A stretch of 64,000 nt of DNA from Lama guanicoe. Its lineage: Eukaryota. Shown here piece by piece: positions 37,201 through 50,098 of the stretch. The notes under the pieces were generated by a model. The model ran no database searches. It saw only the letters and a list, made by a program, of their open reading frames with translations, and had not been told where the DNA came from. Where the stretch lies: assembly GCA_013239625.1 (NCBI GenBank), contig MU053758.1, forward strand, positions 1,674,001 to 1,738,000. The letters are read 5' to 3'. The stretch's first letter is position 1. Every line of letters starts with the position of its first letter. The position numbers and the translations under genes were made by a program.

Positions 37201-40200
37201 ATCCCCCACCCCGAGGTGGAGAGGAACTCTGGCTGGAACCAAAAGGAGGTCTGCAAATGGGAACTCTCTAACCTCCAGTCCACCTCCTAACCCTCCAGTC
37301 CAGGGTCTGGGAGTCTCTGAGACTCCCCCAGGGGTGAAACCAGGAATGAGGTAGGAGGAGGGAAGTGAGGATAAACCTCAGAGTCAATTCTCAGAGGCGT
37401 GAATCATAGAGGAATCCTGCTTTCGGGAGCACGGAAAGTGAGGCAAAGTCATAGCACTCTACACACAGCATGAGGGATTGAGGCTAGACTTGAGAACAGC
37501 TTCAGGTGGAAGGCAACATGGAAGGAGGGGGAGTAGGGCTGCGGCTGCCACGATGGATTGTCTGTGTGACCTTGGGCATGTTAGTTAACCCCCCTGGTCT
37601 GTCACCTCCTTGGTAAAAGAGACACTACAGCATTGAGCTCATAGGACAGCTGTGAGGATGAAATGAATGAACACACGTATGGCGCTTAACCCAGCCTATG
37701 GCTTGTATATTTTTGAGTAAACATTCAATAAATATTGGTCATTAGTATTTTCATTATTACCAGGCATGATTTTTTTTTCTGAAACTCACTAACGACTAAA
37801 TGAGCCCCCCATACCTTGCCAGCCCCCCACTCTCTTGAGGGAGTCACAGAGGGAGGTGGAGGTCTCTCCTAACTGAAACCAGAGTCAACAGGGAGGGGCT
37901 GACCCCACTGGCTCCACCTCCACGGAGGCTTCTGGCCCCAGACAGAGGATGCCTCTCCCACTGAACTCAGGGATTCTACTAACCCTCAAAACCCCCCACA
38001 TCAATTCCACTCTGGGTGGTAAAGCAGGACAGAGGTTGCTCCTGCTCTTTACAGATGTAGATAGTAAATCTTGGAAGGGATTGAGCTCTCTGTCTCAGGG
38101 AATATTCCAGAAGAGGGTAGGTGAAGGAGGAGGGCGTTCAGGCCCCCTCCTCGATTCCCTGCCCCTGAGCCTCGGCCCCTCTGCTGTTTGTGCGGGGAAG
38201 GGGAGGGTGGCTGGCATGACCAGGATGGGGTGGCAGGGAAGGGCTGCAGCTTCAAGTCGCTCCAGACTTCTCCTGGCAGCAGCCACGGATGGGGGAGGGA
38301 GGGGAGCAGTATCGTTGCTCTTTTAGGAAAACGGTAATTTTAATTAAGAGGCAGACAAACGAGCGCTCTGCAGATTGTCTCCGAGCAAAGTTATTAAAAA
38401 GCCATCAAGGCGGCAGCAGCCACAGTGGCAAGGAGGGCTGCCTCCCCCATCTGCCTGCCCGGATTGGGGCTGGAGCATCCTTCAGAGAGCTGGAGAAGGG
38501 CTGGAGGATGCGGAGCTTGCAAACAGCCAAGATAAGGATTCCGCAGCCCCTCACCCGAGGGGGCGGTCTGAGCAGCATTCAGCCAGCACCCAGGGCCCAG
38601 CCTGCCCAGCCCCAGGGAGGGGCTGCAGAAAGGGACCGAGCTATCGGGCAGCCCCTGCCGTGGGCCAGGCTCCGGTCCGGCTGCTGCTCTTCCTGTACTC
38701 TTCTCAACAAGCCGCTGTTTTACAGACAAGGACACTGAAGCTCAGAGATGGAAAATGGTTTTTCCAAGGCCACACAGCTGGGAAATGGCGTAAGTGAGCA
38801 ACTGAACCCAGGTCAGTCTGACTCTCAAGTCCAGTACTCCGGGCTGGGCACAGAACCGGGAGGTGGGCTCCCAGAGGCCCTCTGAAGTGGTCCCAGCTCT
38901 GGCCCGAAAATGCTGCCCACAGTCCCTAGGGGCTTGGGGCCTTAGTCTCTGCTTTCTTGGTGGGGACACATTATGAGAGGAGAGCCATCGGGCAGGGACA
39001 CTCTACAGGGACATGACATGCAGAGCAGCTGCCAGCAGGGGGAGCAGGGGCGGACAAGGCATCAGCGGACAGAGGGTCACAGCCCTCTCCAGCCAGATCG
39101 CCAGGCCACAGCCCGAGGCCCCACAGATGGTGAATTCAGCCAATTCCTTAACTTCCATCTGCTCACCACTTAAGCAACGAAAGAACCTTATCTGTCTTGA
39201 TCACTGTTGGACTCTGAGCCTAATCCAGTGCCTGGCACTGAGAAGGTGTTCAATAAACCTTTAAATCTTTATTCAATGAATGGATGGATGAATGAATAAA
39301 CGATTGAATAAATAAAATGAGATCACAGGTTTATAAGTGTCTATAAACTAAACAAAGCTGTACTGAGGTCGATGTGGTCTCATCTTCTCCCATCCCCCAC
39401 CCTCTAGCCGATGCTGGAACATGGGCTTCCCCCATAAGAAGGGTCCCTTGCTCCTGCCCTCTGCCCAGGCCGCCAGTCCCCTCAACAGAGGGCTCCTGCC
39501 TCCTCCCTCCTCCCCAGCCCCCCATACACGGAGCTTTGCAGCCAGAACACACATGTACATGCACACGCACACTAACTCACATGCACACACGTGCACACAC
39601 AGACACATTCTCTGCCAGGCAGGGTGCCCTCCCCAGAGTCAGGTCTCTGCTGCCCCCTCCCCTGGCAAAGGCCTGGGCCCACCAGGGATAGCCCCCTCCC
39701 CCATTTCTGGCCTTCTAGGCTGGGGACAGGCATCTGGCTACGGAGCAGTGGGAGGCAGGATGGCGGGGAAAGGCCCCCCTCCTGGCTTACCAACCTGGAG
39801 ACTTTAAACAGAGGGAACAGAGTCCTGGAGGCTTCCCTCCCGCTGCACGCTGGAGCCCTGGGTGAGGGACAGGAAAGGAGGAAAGTCGTGAATGAATGCC
39901 CAGAGGAGAGCCGGAGGAGAGGAGCTGGAGAGAGGAAGGGGCCGGGGCAGGGCTCCCTGGGGGATGGGCCTGGGCGGGGGCCTTGGGCCAAAGGGGCGGA
40001 GGGGACAAGGACAGAGCAAGGCAGAGCCTCAGGAGCTGTCCCTTTGGGGGTCACTGAGAGCTGGGTGACAGGCAGGATAGAGACTGGGCATTGCAGGAAC
40101 AGCAGGGGCTGAAGGGGCAGAGACACAAGTGGGAGACAGACACAAGGACAGACAGCACGACAACACAGAAAACATGGGGTCTCCATAGTGGGGTCCCCAG

Positions 40201-41269
40201 GACAGACAGCCAATAATCCAGGCCTGGTTCTCCTCCCAGAAACAGGGGCAGCCTCTTTACTGGGGTCCCACACAAGATCCCCAACGACAGCACCTTGGGG
40301 GCCCATCTGCCTTCCCCAGCCAAGGTCACCACATTCTGGAAGGCTGGAGGGTTCAGACCCTGCCGTCATCGCTCTGCTGACAAATCCCTCCCAACCTAGG
40401 AAACCCCCTTTGGCTCCACTCACCCCCTAGCCCTGAGGAAGGGTTCCTCCTCCGCTTGCAACAGAGGAAACAGAGGTACTTCACACCCAACCCACATGCA
40501 CACACTCTCACTGTGACAGGGGCTGTGAAGGAAAACGGTGCCCCTGCCCAAACTGCCTGCAGCCCGATACCTAGACCCACCCCACACCCACCCCATCCTA
40601 AGACTGGCAGGGTAGGCCCCCCTCAGCTGTCCATCATGCTGCCTCCCTCCCACTCTGCAGGAAGTCCTCCTAACTGTGCTCCTCCGTGGTGCAGCCATGC
40701 CCATCTACTGCCTTCCATCCCAGGGAACGCAGCATTAAGACCCTCCCTGCCGAGAAAGCTGTGGCCCAGGCACCCTCTCAGGCACAGCCCTCACTTGGCT
40801 GGCTCAGACCCATCCACACCCACATCCTGTCTGGCTGCACGCATTCTCAGAGCCCCCTGCCAATCTCATGGTTCCAATTTTCCCACCGATTACCCAAGAC
40901 GCAGGCATCCTGGGGAGAAGCAGCTGCTGTGCCCAGATGTTGGGACCATGACTGGGGGAAGCAATCAAGAATGTTCACTAACTTCTCTAGCCCCATAGGG
41001 CTTCCTGGACAAGGCAGTAGGGGTTGGGGGCGGGGCATGGAAGGGGCTGATGGCCAAAGGGGCACAGAGTGGGGACAGGAAGACTCAGGAAACCCAGCTT
41101 GCTTCTCACCACCAGCCTTAAGTGGCAGCTCCAGGGGCTCAGCCCCGGATAGGCTGAGGTGAGAATCTGGTTTTTAGATAAGACCCAAGAGGTGTTTTCA
41201 TGTACGTCCAAGAGAATGGTACCCCATTCACTCATGCAATTGGACAGTGAGGAGGAGGATGAAGACAAA

Positions 41270-41520
41270 GACATTACTATTTACTGAAGGTTCACAATGT
41301 GCCAGAAATTCTGCCTAAATTATCTCATTAATCCTGGTATCCACCTTATGAGGAAACCACTGTTATCGGCCCCAACTTACAGATGAGGAAACTGAGCCAC
41401 AGAGAGGTGAAATGACTTGCCCAAAACCACACAGCAAGCGAGTGTCAGGCCTAGGATGTGAGCCCAAACCTGTCTGACTCCAGAGCATGAGCTCTCGACC
41501 CCTGAGCAAAACTGCTTCCC
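41270..41520. mobile_element. MIR SINE (representative; further MIRs at about 12070-12310, 37560-37730, 38715-38830, 59985-60190 and 60350-60620)
   Basis: acagatgaggaaactgagccacagagaggtgaaatgacttgcccaa core. Confidence 0.85.
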
Positions 41521-44500
41521 ATCCATTTTCCCCAGTCTTTGGCAGTCTCCCATTCAGTGCCCTCTGGGAAGTTCTGCCTAAAGTCTAACTTCTTGCTAGC
41601 TCCAGCATAAACTAGTTTTTACGGACAATAAGTGGAGGAGAAGGCTTCACTTCAGTCTCTTTCTGCCTCATCCTAGGAGTGGGAAGCAGGTCATTCTAAC
41701 CGTAGGCTGCAACTGGACCAGGGATCAGGAGAGGGGGATGAGCCATTGGGTTCAGGCGAAGTGAGTTCAGGATCTCCTGAGCTTCATCTTCAAGTGACTT
41801 CTGGCTCTCTGGGAGCACCTTTCCTACTCTCCCACCTCCATCATGGAAGAGGCTCCAGGAAGCCCTTCAAAGGCCTATTCTTGTTTTAATATCTGGAAAT
41901 CCTCTAAGCACCCAGTCTAGGAGGAGCCTAAAAAGTCAGGGGGCACAAATCCAGAGTCATTGTCAGTCCTAAGGGCCCCAGCTTTTCCTCAGCATCCCAG
42001 TTTCAACTTAGAAGGAGGTTGGGACAAGAATGGGGACTCATCAGGCCAGCCTGGCCACTGGGTGGGGGCAGAGTAGGCAGAGGACAGCCCAGGAGAGGAG
42101 GCAGAGAGGCCCGGATGTGTCTTCAAGGGCTTCAGTGAGCTGCGGAATGCCTTCCCGTTGACCTGGGATCGTTAATTCTTCCCCAGTGAGGCAGATGCTG
42201 GTGTCTGGGGTGTTGCCACAGATGCCTGCTGTGTCTGCATTTATCAGACGCCCTGGGGTCTACACACACACCCTCCACCTCCTATCCGGTCCACAGACAT
42301 CTCCAGGTAGGTCTGCTCCATAGGGGTCTCTGGCTCTGGGAATGCCCCTGTGGGATGCTGGGTCTGGGGTCTCCAGCCTTCTCTGTGGCTGAGGTGGAAC
42401 AGAAACCGGTGTGCTAGGGTGGGAAGGTTTGCTGAGGGTAAGGCCAGCGTGTGAAAACCCAATTCCTTCCCAATCTTAACGCTACTCCATACCGGGATAT
42501 GCAGGCAACTGGGCCAGGTGGCGGAGGCTACCAGGAACCAGGAAGAGGTGTGGGGGAGATGAGCCACCAGCTGGTAGCGCCTCCGCAGGAGAAAATATGG
42601 ACTGGATTCTAGTCCCCGGCTGGAACGGAGTGCGGCAAACCCTTTTTTTTTCCTGGAGTGGGAGGAAAACAGCAAGTAGCTGAATTCGATAGCCCCTTCC
42701 TTATCTATCCTCTGGGCTGAGAGGACAGATTTAGGCAAGGTGTGCCTTCGGAGCAGGAGGGACTGTTTGTAAGGCACGCACGCGTATGTGTGCGTGCGTG
42801 CGCACTTGCGCACACCAATATTCTTTTGGGCCAAATCTCCATTTTTTCCTGGTTTAGCTGGAGCTAGGAAGTATCCTTCCCACCCGCTGTGTGGCGAGGC
42901 ATGTATTATCTCAGGAGAGGGGAGGTGGGGAGAATCTGTGACAGTGGAAAGGACCTTAGAGATTCTCTAGTTCCACTCTCTTCTCACACCAAGGACACCA
43001 AAGACCAGAGAAGGCACCTAACTTGCCCAAGGTCACACAGCAGTAGGGGATGCAGGCAACCTGACAACAGTCGGATGCTTGCTATTTACACTGCACTTTA
43101 CCTCTCTGCCCCAGGAATCAAAGAGTGACTTCCCTGTCCTCTTCTTTTCCTCAGCAGCCCTGAACCCCTCATCATCATGGGCCCCTACACTCTGCCAAGC
43201 ACCACAGCCACAAGAGATTAGACTCTACCAAGCTCTTTAGGATGGCCCAAAGGTCATGCCAACCAGTCCCCTGCTCCTGGGTACAATACTAGCCTACTCA
43301 CGTTCATATGCACTTATCATTGAGGTAAAACATGCACAAACACCACCTTGGCGTGACCACCCTTTAGGGACTGGGAGGTTTCCTTCCCATCTAACCTCGA
43401 CTCCTCCTGCTGCAGCGGGGGCCTGTTTCCCCTCCAGCTGTCCTGTGCAAAGTCAGGGGAAAGGGGAGAAGAACAGGTTTCCTGGCCTCCAAACCCTTCT
43501 GTTTGCCCACCTGCAGCAGAGAGGATGGGGGCAGGGTGTCCCAGGGTGGGTGGGCCCCGAGCTCAGTGCCTGCGTGGGGTGTGAGGGTTGCGGTGAAGCA
43601 GCAGCCTGGGTGTGGGAGAAACAGCTCTTCTGGGAACTATCCTTCTGACTCCCCATCCCCTGCAAAATCCGACATCTCAGGATTAGGGGAGGGTCTTCTC
43701 TGGGTTCAGAGACAGCCACTGTCTCCCTGATAACCTTTAGTGAGTGTTTATTATGTGCCAGGTACTTTGCTGGACATTTTCATCTATTATTTCATCTAAG
43801 CTTCACAATTGCACAGTCAGAAACTAATCTGTCCCCTGGGTCAGTTCCTCCCTAAGACTAAATCTAACCTTAATCCCTCTTGCTGCATTTCCTCTGGACC
43901 AGTCTCCCTGGGTGGTAGAGGGCATTTTTGTTCCTGTCTTCAGAAATCCTCACCCTACTCAGTGGCCCCACCTTATCTTCACCAGGCTGCCAACCTCTAC
44001 CCAAGGCTTGCCCCGTTGGATGGGCATCATGGTGGTGAAAGGAATCGGGGCAGGTTGGGGCCTGAGATCCAGGGTACTGGCCTGTGACAGACTCAAAGCA
44101 CAGCCCAGGTGGCAGGGAAGGAGGCCCTGGGGGTCGTCCCTGTGAGATCAGGTTGGGCTGATGGAGCTGGGGGCCAAACTGAGGGCAGGGGTTCTTACAG
44201 GGAGTATGAGGCCTCACCTGTGGTGTGGTGACCAGGCAGGGCCCAGAGATATAATGATTTGGTTCTCTCTCAGTGGCCATCTCTCAGTTCCAACACACAC
44301 ATACCCAGAGCCCAGGGCCTGAGCAAAGTGAGCAGGCGCACAAGAGGGCAGGACTTGCCCTGGGCTGTGGGAGGCAGCTGAAACCCGAGGAGGGACTCTT
44401 ACACCTACCTAAGCTCCTGGCATCTAGAGGGTGCTCAGGCTCTGAGAATGAAGGAGGCAGACCCCTAAACCCCTCTGCCAGGCTCAGTGGGGTTTCACAT

Positions 44501-47500
44501 ACCCTGTGGTAGACACAGGCAATCTTTAATGAACTCACATCCACTTGGTTTTCCTGTTTGGACTTTTGGAGCAGAGTGATGAGGGCAGGGTCCCCTCTAC
44601 TAGGGCTATCCCCCCATCCTGCCTCCAGCAGAGCTGGAACCCAGGAACCAGACCCACCTCCCCAGGGAATGCTCAGACCTCAGCTTCCACCCCTCTGGGA
44701 GATTCCAGCAATGACAGCCTGGGCCAATGGGCAAGGGCAGTCGGAATGGTGGGTGGGACTCTGGTCTCTGTGGGTGGCACCCTCCCCTTCAAGCAGGCAG
44801 CATTAATATATGCAAAGCACATGCAAATCACCCAGAAGAGAGACACAACATCGGTGGAATGTCAGAAGAGACCTTGGAGATGATCCAACCCACACCCCCT
44901 CATTTCACAGGTGAGGAAAGAGGCCCTTGCTAGGAAGGGACTTGCTCAAGGTCACTCGGACATTTGGGCACTGAGGAAAAATCTTAAGGACGTCTCTCTA
45001 CTCAGTCCCATGCGCTTTGCACGACAGTCTTGCCTTTCATATGAGGGGCTTACAAGACGGTGAAGGGGTCACAGAGCCTGTCTGGGTTTCCCTTGGACCC
45101 CTCCCTTCCCCCTCTGAGCCTGCAGACAGTGTAGTGGGTGTGAGGGGAACAGTGGACAAGGGTGCAAATGATGCCTGGGCTGTGGGTGACCAGAGGCATG
45201 GAGAGGCCAGAGGCCAGAGGCTTTGGTTTCCAGCCGCCAAGCAGTAGAAGGCGGCAGGAGAACTCGTGTCTGAAGCCCAATGTCAGGGCAAGGTGCCCGC
45301 TGCGTGCGGGGAGGGAGATGGCGCCTTCACTACACACACATCCCTAAGTGCTCGGCAGCCCCCTTCCGCCTGGACTCTGATAACTGTGGCACCTGACAGA
45401 CCATAATAGTCAACTGGGGCCCGTCCCTTCCATCCCTTCTGTGGCTGTGGCTGTGGCTGCTCTCTACCCCACCCCCCAACCTGGCTTCTCAACCTTCCAG
45501 ACAGTCCTAGAAAGCAGGACAGACGCTGGGGAAAGAAGACAGACAGATGGGAGGGGGCAGAGAGGAAAGGGGAGACTAAGGAGCAGAGAGGGGAAGGCGA
45601 AGAGGAGAGAGAGCAGGAAGGGCAGAGCAGGAGAAATGGAGGGGCAGGGAGAGGGGACACATAGGGGGGATGGGGGAGTCTGAGGGGTAGACCGAGGACT
45701 TGGGGAGCAATGGAGCAGAAGAGGGGCTCCCGGTCTGTTTTCCGGAACTGAAGGACAAGGCTGGAGCCCAGGCCGTGAGGCATAGGAGCCCCATCGAGGC
45801 CCCAGGCTGTCTAGCAGGAGTGGGGTACCATGTCCCTGCCCCTCTGCCCACCTCCCCAGCAAATCCTCAAGCGGCTGCCAGGAAATCAGTCCTCCCTCCT
45901 CTGCCTCCCTCCCACTCTTCTCCCCTCCCTCCCTCGGGGCAGGCAAGCGCTGCTTCCCAGCCAAATCCAAAGCCTTCATCTCCGCTTTTCAGAGTCGGGA
46001 ATGAAAGAAGGGGAAGCGAGTGCAGCCCTCAAACCCGCTGACGGCCAGATTTTTATTATCTTTGCTCGAATGGGCCCTAGGAAGCCAACAAGGGATTCTT
46101 CAAAGAGCATCTGAGTGGCTCATTGAAGCCTGCACCTGCACTGGCCTACCCGTGACAGGCAGCCAGGGCTTGAGGGGCACAACCTGTCCCCCACCTCCCA
46201 CCAAACCCAGAGACCAGATGGGGGGGCTGCCAAGAGCCTCACCCTCAGTTCCCTGTGCCTAGGCAGAGGCCACTCAGTCAGGTAGCCAAGCTCAAAGGCC
46301 AGACTCAGGCCAGCTGGACCTCTGAGGCAGTCTCTGTCCCTCTCTGGGCCTTGAAGGCACAAACGAAGGAAGAAATCGGATCTCCTTGCCAGGGCTTGGA
46401 GAAGATAAGTGCTTGGGATTCCTCGAAAGAGAAGCTTTTATGGCAAGCCCTAGATCCCTCCCCTGAACTCTCTGCCTGCCCCACATCCATGGGGCCCCTT
46501 CAGTGGCCTCCTGACTCCCTCCCAACCACAGCTGCCCTGTTGTTCCTGAGCCCCAGGCCCACTGTTCAGGATGAACCTCAAACCCCAAACACAGCTCCCT
46601 CAGTTCAAATCCTCCACCCCATCTCCCTTCTTTCCCTGAGACCTAACCTGGGGTGACAAGGCTAAAACAGACCTGGTACTTCAGAGCCCAGGCCCCTCCT
46701 TCCTCAGTTTGTATTTTGTCAGAGAAAGCCAAGGTTGGCACTGGGCAGACAGCAGCCCTGCCACCACCACCCCCAGCTCTGACCACACCGGTGAGATCAA
46801 TGCCCACAGCCCAAGAAGGAATCAATGGCTCTAATTAAACCTTTTTTCCAGGGTGGGTCCCTGGCCAGAGAGAGAGAAAGAGATCATCAGAGGTTCTGCA
46901 TCCCAGCACCAACCTGGTACCCTGCACATATTTAAGAAACTTGGAAGCCAGCAGGAATCGGGCCAGAAGACCCCAGACTCCCCTGCATTAGGCCAGCAGA
47001 AGGTATGGGGTGGGAGCAAGGCTCCCAATGGCTCATTCTCAGGGACCCTTCCCCTAGAAGAGCTCCCCTTCTCCACACAGTACTGCCTGAGGACCACAGT
47101 TGCTTCTTCCAGATCTCCAGAGCACATGGGGGACCTACATCTTCAGCCCAGCCCTGAGGGTCATCACAGAGAACTGGCCATCACGGTAAGGGCGGAAGGA
47201 GCAGGACTGGGGAGGGGTGCGCTGGACAAAGACCCTCTTGTCCCCAAGGCGGGGTGGCAGGAAGCCAGGGCAAAGCCTTTGCACTTGCTGCCAATGGTGC
47301 CTGGGTGCCAGGCAGTCTGGGTGGAGGGGAGAATCTTATTCTTGGAACCCCTTCCCCTTATGCCCAGAGCCTTTACCCCCAACCCTTGCTTCTGCAGTAG
47401 GCCACCAGCTAAGTTTCTGCCCAAACAACTCTCAGCTTGCTTGGAACCTTCCTTCCTGTACGAATGCTGGGCACTGACACTTGCCCACAGTGGCCCCAAC

Positions 47501-48039
47501 ACCAACTAGAACCCGCAACAGCCCTCACACATAAACCATAACTGTTCCCAACATACAAACACACGCACAACCATGCCAGAAACCACCACCATCACAGCTG
47601 CCAGCAATGATGACAGAGCCTCACATTTTCACAGTGACAGTCTCTGTCAGATGCATCACCAATTCTTTAAGACCAGCAAGAGGGATAGGGAAGGGAATGA
47701 GAGAAACTGAGGCACGGAGTTAGCAAAGCGGTTGGCTCAAGGTCACCCAGACCAAGCTATCCAGAGTTGGAAAGAAGGTATCCTACCCCTCCCCTCACCA
47801 AAGTGCTCAAACCCATTATCAAGGAATATTCAGGCCCACAAGCCTGGAAGTCTGGTCATCTACCCTCAACTCCCAGCCCTCATCTGTATTCCCCTCCCCA
47901 AAACAACAGTGTCTCCAACATCTCCACTTGAAAGACTCTATCCAGGAATCCTCCGCTGGGGAAACCCACTTCTCTTAAAGTTGGGGGCTGCAAGACTGCC
48001 TGATTTCATAGTATTTGGGGACAGGGACTGATAGTCCGG

Positions 48040-48430
48040 GATCTTCTCCTCGCACAATCCCTGTTTCCGCTCACCTGGCTCCCCTCGGCCCCCGGGGTCC
48101 CTCGGTCCAGCCTCCTCCCTGGTAGATCGGGCGCTGCCCTCCGCTGTCCTCTCCCACCAGGCCAGGGCAAAGCGCCGCAGGCACTGCCAGGGCTGCATGG
48201 GGAGAGGTGGGGCGGAGGGGCTTGCACTAGCAGCCGCACACGCCCCGCCAGGCCCTGCCAGCCGAGCTGCGGAGGCACCCGGCCGGCCCCCTCTGCTTCC
48301 ACCAGCATCCTGCTGCCCCCACCGACAGGACTCGGAGCTGGCCCGGGAGTTTCTGACGTAGCAAGGGGGTGCGTGGGAGGGGAGGGTGGGCCAACACGCG
48401 TCCCCTCCCCAGCCCCGCCCTCTGCCGCTC
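48040..48430 (-). promoter_or_regulatory. CpG-rich promoter and 5'UTR region of exon 1b
   Basis: CpG-enriched segment surrounding ATG 48198, with a GC box (ccccgccc, about 48413). Confidence 0.6.
48075..48198 (-). CDS. SRCIN1: SRCIN1 alternative first coding exon 1b (MQPWQCLRRFALAWWERTAEG...GGRGEP)
   Basis: 41 codons + 1 nt, then CCAG|gtgagc. Phase 1 fits exon 2. Matches the recalled rodent p140Cap N-terminus. Confidence 0.88.
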
Positions 48431-48999
48431 AGCCTCCAGCAATCCCTACCTCCTCAGTCACCCTAAATGCTCTCCCCAGCTGGGGGCGCCCTCCCCTGCC
48501 CTCTGGTCTTTACAATGGGAGGGCTTAAGATCAAATGGGCCCTCCCCCAGCCCCTCCCCCTCGTGGGCCCTCCCTATCCGCTAGCGGAGCGTGGAGCGGG
48601 TCCCCAGTTTCTGCAACTGCTGCCTAGGCTCCGAGGTCTCCAGGGCTAGGGCCTCGAGGTGAGGGGGGTGGGGAAATACAAGCTTGTATCCTGGCAACAC
48701 AGCCAGCCCCAGAATATACTCATCCCCTTCCTTCCCCGGGGGGCTGGCGCAAAGCGCCTACCACCACCATCCAAGGGCGTGCACCCCATTCTGGGACCTG
48801 CGATTAAGAGAGGCCTTTGATGTTCCCACCACTTCTCCATCCCCTTTGCCTCCCCTTGCGTCTTCTTCGTCCACCTGGGATGGACCACTCCCCTCCCCCA
48901 CTCTCCTCACTATCCATCTCCCTTCCTCTTCTCTCTCCTCCTCCCTCCTCCACACAAGACCCTTGAAATTTTAGCCCCTCGGGCCCCCTCCCCCAGGCC

Positions 49000-49790
49000 T
49001 CACGAGGCCCTCCCCACCCGCTCTCCAGCCGCGCCAGTGCCTGACCCATTCTCTGGTCCCAACACTCCTCTCGCCCGGGTCTTTCTCCCAAGCCCCGCGC
49101 GCCGCGGTCCCCTGCCCCCCACACACCTGCGTCCCGAGCATCCCTAGCCCAGCCGGCCGCCGCCTCCCCGGCCCGGCCGCCGCCCCCGCCCCCGGCCGAG
49201 GGGAAAACACACAAAGAAAACAGAAATACCTTCCACTTAAGCATGGAGGCACATTAGGGAGGAGAGAGACAGGGACATGCCTTGGGACGGAGCGTTCCCC
49301 ATCGGGCGGGGGCGCGGGGGGCGGGGGCCCCGGGCCGGCCTGCCTGGCTCTCGCCCTCTCGCTGCCTCTCGGGCTCCTCGCTGGGCCCCAGCCCCGGGGC
49401 GCGGTGCCAGGCGGGCGGGCCGGGGGCGCGGGCCCCGCCGGGGTGGACCAGCTGGGAGGGCGCCGGCGGCCGGGCGTGTGGGTACGCGCGCGCGCGGGCG
49501 TGTCACCGAGTGTGCGAGAGCGAGAGTGTGTGTGTGTCTGTGTGTGTGTGCGCGCGCGCGCGCGCGGGCCGGCGCGGGTGTGTCACTGCGGGCGGGCACG
49601 CGCGCGGGGCGGGCACGCGCGTGTGGCCAGAACGCACAAAGGGCCGCTGGGGTGGCGGGGAGCCGGTAGGGGAGCGGGCCGGCGCCTCGCGCCCCCCAGC
49701 TGCATGGCGGGATCTCGCAGAGCGCGGCCGTGCCGGGGGTGCGGGGCTCACTCACGCTCCCCTCCCCGTTGCACCTGCTTCTCCCACCCC
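49000..49790 (-). promoter_or_regulatory. CpG-island promoter and 5'UTR of SRCIN1 exon 1a
   Basis: Very high GC and CpG density, GC boxes, and (CG)n/(TG)n tracts around the first ATG. Confidence 0.85.
49281..49302 (-). CDS. SRCIN1: SRCIN1 first coding exon 1a (MGNAPSQ + G), with a non-canonical GC donor
   Basis: ATG GGG AAC GCT CCG TCC CAA G|gcatgt inside a CpG island. Phase 1 joins AT CCG GAG of exon 2 to give the known MGNAPSQDPERS N-terminus. Confidence 0.88.
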
Positions 49791-50084
49791 AAGCAATCCT
49801 CACTCTACGGTAAAGACAAATGCCTAGGACCCAGAGCTGGCCTCAGAGGAGGGGGCTGCACCTCGAGGGTGGGGAACTTCTCAGTCTCCAAGCCCTCGGG
49901 TTGGAGAAGCATTTAGAGAGGGACGGGGCAGGGAGAGACCGGGGGACCACTCTTTAGCCAAGGTGACCTCCGAAAGCCACAGTCGCCCTATGAAGAGAAA
50001 ATCTGGACCCTCCTCTGCCTCTGCCGGGAGGACCCCCTCACCCTCTCCTTAGACGCGCCTCAGCCGAGGGGACCCAGGACCCCG

Positions 50085-50098
50085 GCGCCCCCTGCTGG
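50085..50098 (-). promoter_or_regulatory. Candidate CTCF site upstream of the SRCIN1 promoter
   Basis: The minus strand reads CCAGCAGGGGGCGC, matching the CTCF core consensus. Confidence 0.55.

Larger units (their letters stand above)
3391..49620 (-). other. SRCIN1: SRCIN1 (SRC kinase signaling inhibitor 1, p140Cap/SNIP) gene, 5' portion; the 3' exons lie beyond position 1; the TSS position is approximate
   Basis: Eleven exons spliced from 49302 to 3391 give 2198 nt of uninterrupted frame (MGNAPSQDPERSSPPMLSADDAEY...EERLRYLNDEELITQQL), which I recognise as SRCIN1. All junction phases are compatible. Confidence 0.97.

Noticed and set aside
39572..40998. ORFs of 173-283 aa in intron 1
   Set aside because: No recognisable homology, no convincing splice-compatible boundaries, and composition typical of GC-rich intron.
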